Shown here one piece after another: positions 58,030 to 64,000 of a DNA stretch of 64,000 bases. The DNA is from Eledone cirrhosa. Taxonomy: Eukaryota. Under the pieces are notes generated by a model, which saw only the letters and a list, made by a program, of their open reading frames with translations, was not told the origin of the DNA and searched no databases. The number at the start of each line of letters is the position of its first letter. Positions within the stretch are counted from its first letter, which is position 1. The stretch covers positions 214,458,001-214,522,000 of the forward strand of contig OZ024740.1 in the NCBI GenBank assembly GCA_964016885.1. The letters are read 5' to 3'. The position numbers were made by a program, and so were the translations under genes.

Positions 58030-59768
58030 CATGTATGTATGAGAGTATGTATGCGTGTATGTGTGTATGTGTGTATGTGTGTATGTGTGTATGCATATGT
58101 GTGTGTGTATATGTGTGTATGTGTGTATGTCTGTATGTGTGTGTATGTCCGTGTATGTGTGTATATGTGTTTATGTATATGTGTGTATGTGTGTGTATGT
58201 GTGTATGTGTGTATGTGTGTTTGTGTATGTGTTTATGCGTGTTTGTGTATGAGTGTATACGTGTATCTGTGTATGTCTGTATATGCGTGTGTGTATATGT
58301 GTGTTCGTGTGCGTATGTTTGTTTGCATATTTGTATATGCGTGTATGCGTGTATGTGCGTATGCCTATGCGTGTTTTTGTATGTGCGTATGTGTGCATGC
58401 GTGTTTGTGTATGTGCATGTGTGTGTATGCGTGTTTGTGTATTTGTAAGCGTGTGTACGTGCACGTGTATATATGTTTATGAATGTGTGTATGTATGTAT
58501 GTATGTCTGTCTATGCATGTGTATCTGTGTCTGTATGTGTATATGTGTGACTGTGTGTATGTATTTGTGTCTGTGTGCATATAGCTGTTTTATGTGGGTG
58601 TATATGTGACAGGGGTGTATATGTAGATGTATATGAATGTGTGTGTTTGTATGTATTTGTGTCCATGTGTATATATGTGTCTGTGTGCATATATCTGTTT
58701 TATGTGGGAGAATGTATACGTGGCCATGAGTCTATGTGTATGTGTGCGTATGTCTGAAGATGTGTGTACATGTAGGTGTCGTGTGTATGTATGAAGATGT
58801 GTGTATATGTGAGTGTTTGTGAGTATGTGTGAAGATGTGTGTATATGTAAGTATTTGTGTGTATGCATGAAGATGTGTGTATATGTAAGTATTTGTGTGT
58901 ATGTATGAAGATGTGTGTATATGTAAGTATTTGTGTATATGTGAAGATGTGTGTATATGTGTGTGTTTGTGCGTATGTGTGAATATGTGTGTGTATATAA
59001 GTATTTTTGTGTATGTGAAGATGTGTGTATATGTGAGTGTTTGTGTGTATGTATGAAGATGTGTGTATATGTAAGTATTTGTGTATATGTGAAGATGTGT
59101 GTATATGTGTGTGTTTGTGTGTATGTGTGAATATGTGTGTGTATATAAGTATTTTTGTGTATGTGAAGATGTGTGTATTTGTGAGTGTTTGTGTGTATGT
59201 ATGAAGATGTGTGTATATGTAAGTATTTGTGTGTATGTGTGATGATATGTGTGTATATATAAGTATTTTTGTGTATGTGAAGATGTGTGTATATGTGAGC
59301 GTTTGTGTGTATGTGTGAAGATATGTGTATATGTAAGTGTCTGTGTATGTGTGAAGATGTGTGTATATGTAAGTGTATGTGTATGTGTGTATATGTAAGT
59401 GTGTGTGTGTATGTATGAAGATGTGTGTATATGTAAGTATATGTGTGTATGTGTGATGATATACAATATTTTTGTGTATGTGAAGATGTGTGTATATGTG
59501 AGTGTTTGTGTGTATGTGTGAAGATGTGTGTATATGTAAGTATTTGTGTGTATGTGAAGATGTGTGTATATGTAAGTGTTTGTGTGTGTGTATGAAGATG
59601 TGTGTATATGTAAGTATTTGTGTGTATATGTGAAGATATGTGTGTATGTAAGTGTTTGTGTATATATGTGAAGATGTGTGTGTGTATGTAAGTATTTGTG
59701 TATATGTAAGTATTTGTGTGTTTGTATGAAGATGTGTGTATATGTAAGTATTTGTGTGTATGTGTGAT
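58030..59768. repeat. (TG/TA)-rich low-complexity tract grading into a minisatellite of about 34-38 bp
   Basis: Recurring gaagatgtgtgtatatgtaagtatttgtgtgtat from about 58755. Confidence 0.9.
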
Positions 59769-60100
59769 GTCGCAGTGGAGCAGATATCGTCTTCATCCTA
59801 TAGCTGTAATGGCTGCTTCAACTGAAATTCAATTTTGCAATTTCAGTTAATATAGCAGAATGACTTGAAGTTCCAAATTCATCGGTGAACTTTGCCATCA
59901 CGAGTGTTTCTTTGGTTTGTTTGGTAGAGAATTTGCCTTCCGTTTGGAATATATTAGAGTCAGCAATATATTCTTGCAAATCTTCCGTTAACCCTGACTT
60001 CAAACTCACACATTTCTTGCTGTTTTAGTGTTTCTCTCTGTCTGAGACCATTTTCTCTGAATATATTAAACCTTACTATCTGTGGCTTTTCAAACTACTA

Positions 60101-60462
60101 TCCGAGGGTCAGCTGAAAAGTTCATTGGGTGAAGAGTCCATAGGCTGACCAAGATACTCTCATAGAATGACCAAATGAGGTTTATTTTTTTAACATAGTC
60201 CCTGGAAAGATAAAATGTAGCTATTAAGAATAAGATTTGAAATTAATACGTGCAAGATTTCACTGCTCTAGCATCACTCCTTCCAAGGCTGACCAAGATA
60301 CTCTCATGGAATGACCAAATGAGGTTTAATTTTCAACATAGTCCCTGGAAAGAAACAATGTAGTTATTAATAAGAAGAGTTGAAATTAGTACATGCAAGA
60401 TTTCACAGCACTAGCATCACTCCTTCATAGTCAGTCTATGAACGTTTCAGCCGATTCTCGTA
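60101..60462. mobile_element. Mariner/Tc1-like MITE with an internal tandem duplication
   Basis: Imperfect TIRs cgagggtcagctgaaaagttcat / atgaacgtttcagccgattctcg-TA. Internal direct repeat of about 143 bp (aggctgaccaagatactctcat twice). Confidence 0.65.
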
Positions 60463-60469
60463 GTTCCAC

Positions 60470-61004
60470 GCAGAAAATAATGCTTCATTGGAAGATCCAG
60501 GGGTAGACTCTGAGAAGTGGTATGAACATAAGCCAGAGTCAGTGATAGAAAATGATCAGGTGAAGGTGCTATGGGATTTTAGGATACAGACGGACAAGAA
60601 AATAGAACACAATAGACCTGACCCGGTGGTTTTGGACAAGGAAAAAAAATCGTGCCTGATTGTAGATCTAGCCTGCCCATTTGACACAAGAGTGCAGGAA
60701 AAGGAGAGGGAGAAAATTAACCGATACCAGGATTTAAAGTGGGAGGTAAAAAGGATTTGGAACTGCCATGAAATCAAGGTCGTCCCGGTGGTCATAGGCA
60801 CACTAGGTACTATCTCAAAGAGTTTCCAAGGACGGTTAAAGAGGATTAGTTCAGCCTCGTTTTTTTTAACACTTCAAAAGGCATGCTTGCTGGGAACAGC
60901 AAGAACCCTCCGATACGTCCTGAATATCTGAGGCTGCAGGTAGTGGCTTGATATTCATTTCAACAAACATTCCAGTTAAATAACATCAATGACTGAGACT
61001 CAAA

Positions 61005-61006
<2 letters not shown>
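60470..61006 (+). mobile_element. R4/Dong-clade non-LTR element 3' fragment (restriction-like endonuclease) ending at (TAA)n
   Basis: WYEHKPESVIEN..VKVLWDF.IQTD....NRPD.VV.DK....LIVD.ACP.D.....EKI.RYQDL..E...W...VVPVVIG.LG..LQKACLLGTAR.LR. Confidence 0.88.
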
Positions 61007-61043
<37 letters not shown>

Positions 61044-61046
<3 letters not shown>

Positions 61047-64000
61047 TTTCTTTATTAACCACAAGGGTTTACATAAAGTAGACATTAAAGACAGTGCAGG
61101 ACAATACAGGACGGTACAAATGGGCATTTCTGCGTGTAAAAAACAAAAACAGAGGATGTAACAAAAAATAACAATGAAATATTCCCCAATAGGGGGGAGA
61201 CTTCGGAGGAACATTTGTGGAGAAAGCCCAGTAAAAGGCCACAATGACCCTGACCACCAAGGCAAGTGCCCTCTCCCAGTTTTCCACCTTTAATTTACAG
61301 ATATATACTCAGAGTAGGCCCATTCACTCGGGCCATTCTTGCTTCTCTCACCCATCTTTCAACAAAATGCTGGGAAGAGAGCACTTCCCTCTCTACTCTG
61401 ATTTTCCTTTTCAAATGAAATTTGAAAAAGTCAATCAGAGCATAACCGAAGAGGTAAGTGCTCGTCTTCAGCCCTTTCAAACGTGTCCACCATACTATCT
61501 CTTTCGCCATGGCCACCAGACAGATAAAAACTGCCTGCCCTTCCCGGCTAAAGGAGGAGGGCGGGGCAATCCTCACGATGGACTCAGATGATAGCCGGAT
61601 CCGTCCTAAACGCGACAGCAGGTGTTCGACATAAACCCACAAGTCAGCAATTTTCGGACACTGGACGAGTGCGTGCAGTACGGTTTCGTCGCCCTGCGCG
61701 CATCTCGGACATGCCCGGCTGACGGCACCTCCATGCCTGTAGAGTTTATCCCGAACTGGCAAGGCTCCTCGGTAGCACTGCCAGGCCAGAGATTTCTGGA
61801 AGTTGTCCATAGGCCCTGGCCCGAAAGTTCTTCCGAAGAGATTGGCTAGTTGATTTTCGTCGACGCCTAGAGTTTCCCCAAGTACGTCGTCGCTCTTCCC
61901 CTCCACTAATCCTCTATAGAACGCCGAGGTGGAGTTTCCACCGATCACATTGCCCGATTGGTCGAGCGCTGTGAGCGCCTGAAGACATTCCAGTCTCCAG
62001 GCGCTCCCTCTCAGTCTTCGCTTGACCCAGGACTGCAGCTCCGTCAAGGAAACGAGCTGGGGAAATACGTGTCTAGCAAACGGCGACCACACCTGATCAC
62101 CGTCGAGGAAGAGGTGGAGATGTCGTAGCCTGAGCGCGTGCCTGCGCATCATCAGCCACGGCATGCCCAGCCCTCCACGTAGCGGGTGTTGACAACAGAT
62201 GGACCGCCTGACCATCGGAGCGCGTCCCTTCCACAAAAAGCGAAAGCGCAAACGCTCCAGCGCAGTCAGGCGAGGCTTAGGACAAGGCACCACGGTCAGG
62301 CGGTAGCAGATGACAGACGCGATGTACGCGTTAGCCACCTCCGCTGTTGGACGGCATGGACCTGCCTCTCCAGGTGCCGAGCTGCAGGCCCACTGACTTT
62401 TCCTGGTTGATCATTGCTCCTGTCACCGCTTCGTATTCTCTTAGTGTAGTGCCGATCGCCTCGATGTGTTTGGCGTTCGACACCACTACGGTGACATCGT
62501 CCGCATATGCTGACACGGATCTTCCGCATCCTAGTTCGCGCGGGACGCCCCTCAACGTCTCCAGTTTGTGCAGTAATGGCTCGAAAGTCAATACGTACAA
62601 GAGGGACGAGAGGGGACATCCTTGGCGGACCGAGAGCATGATGTTGAACGGTTCCGACAGGTGACCGTTCACTCTCACCACAGAGCAGATGTCGCTGTGC
62701 ATGGCAGCGATCCAGCCTCTGAAGACGGGCCCAAAGCCAGCCGCCCTCAGGACTGCCGCTAGGTAACGATGGTCGACCCTATCGAAAGCTTTCGACTGAT
62801 CTAAATTGATCAAGGACCCACCCGTGCCTGGTTCCCTAGCTACCCTCTCTACGATGTATCGCATGAGGTGGAGGTTGTTGTGGATGGATCTGTCGGGAAT
62901 GGCGCACGTCTGCGCCTCTCTCACCAGACCACCAACGACAAGCGCAAACCTCTTTGCTAGCACCTTGGCCAAAATCTTTAACTCTGTGTTTAGCAGAGTT
63001 ATGGGCCTAAAATTATCTATGTTATCCCCCTTGTTCGGATCCTTTCTGAGCAGCGCCACAGCTATTCGGCTCACAGAGCTGGGAATTCTCCCGTTCTGTT
63101 GCCAGTTGCAGTAGACATCCGCCAAGAGGCCACCGAACAAGTCTGGCATCTGTACGTAAAGTTCATAGGGCAGACCATCCAAACCAGGCGATTTACCCCT
63201 TGTGCAGCTAGTCATTGCCTCCCGTACTTCAGCGGCTGTTATCGGCTTTTCGAAACACCCCGCCTCAGTGGCCGAGAGCCGCGGCAGACCGTCGAGGTAG
63301 ACACTAAAGTCCATCCTTCGATCCGGTCCGCCGCTGCCCCCGAACAACTGAGCGAAGTGTCGCTGAAAAGCTTCACACATTTGCCCGGGATCGAGTAACA
63401 TGCGCCCGTAGTGGTCCACCAAAGACCGGATCGTGGCTTTGTTGCCACGACGCGCCTCCGCCACTCGGGCCCATTGAACGGCTTTCGTCCCCTCGTGTCT
63501 GAGAGCACGCACCCTAGCTCTGACAACGCAGCCTTCCTGCTTTGCATTGAAGAATTGGTCAAGGGCCAATTTCGCCGCAAGTACGTCGGTAGCGATGCCT
63601 TTGCTAAGCGCCTCGTCTAATTTTCTATCTAATTCTCCCTCTGCTCTATTTTTCTCTATTGCTAAAGCCTTACTAAACCTAATGGAGTCTATTCTAATTG
63701 ATCTTTTCAGAGCAAACCACCACTTGTTGTTGACGATGGCCCCCGTCAACGCCCGCTTAACTAGTTCGCTAATCCGGTCTCTGTAGGCCTTGCGCGCTGG
63801 TAAGGACGCGTTTAGCTTCCAGTAGCCGGGTCCTCGTCTATGAAGCCTATCTAAGTCAAGCACACAGATCACGAATTTGTGGTCCGTGTAGCTGACTATC
63901 TTGAATTGTGGACAGCCTATGCTAGACCTATCTATTTCCCTACAAAATACTCTATCTAGATATGATCTGGATGACCCTATGCGATTTGTCCAAGTCCACA
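61044..64000 (-). mobile_element. Tx1/L1-clade LINE, second copy, running off the window end
   Basis: ORF2 pieces 62331-63872 and 61295-62338: SYLDRV, TDHK, PGYWKLN, KSPGLDGLPYE, DQSKAFDRV, RQGCPLS, AYADD, CPRC..ETVLHALVQC. The 3' UTR ends at (TAA)n. Confidence 0.93.

Noticed and set aside
59800-60060. Coding-looking unique segments as host exons (also 23635-23900, 46790-46990, 49960-50450)
   Set aside because: Short, interrupted by stops and without a recognisable domain; more likely decayed transposon pieces. A translated search would be needed.

Overview
Repeat-saturated, AT-rich animal genomic DNA. The SINE type and extreme (TA)n/(CA)n density suggest an octopus-like cephalopod, but this is inference only. 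No intact host gene is recognisable, and almost all short ORFs in the track are microsatellite translations. Protein-coding remnants are all retroelements: two Neptune-like Penelope-like elements (PLE; RT plus C-terminal GIY-YIG), the C-terminus of a third PLE lineage, Tx1/L1-clade LINEs, RTE LINEs and an R4/Dong-like restriction-like endonuclease end. Also present are one abundant SINE family, a Helitron-like element, a mariner-like MITE and a 43-bp minisatellite. The hidden layer is RNA. More than 20 type I hammerhead ribozyme (HHR) motifs from about a dozen small families can be read directly from the sequence, nearly all inserted in (TA)n tracts and many as 3'-ends-outward fold-backs. The centrepiece is a 4.15-kb palindromic array of identical 474-bp monomers, each with one HHR (retrozyme-like). 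An older relative of this monomer is physically fused to the pseudo-LTR of a Neptune PLE. Several inserts also carry an inverted copy of the flanking target DNA centred on the (TA)n tract, which points to a snap-back integration mechanism. All structures were paired by eye; none was tested computationally.
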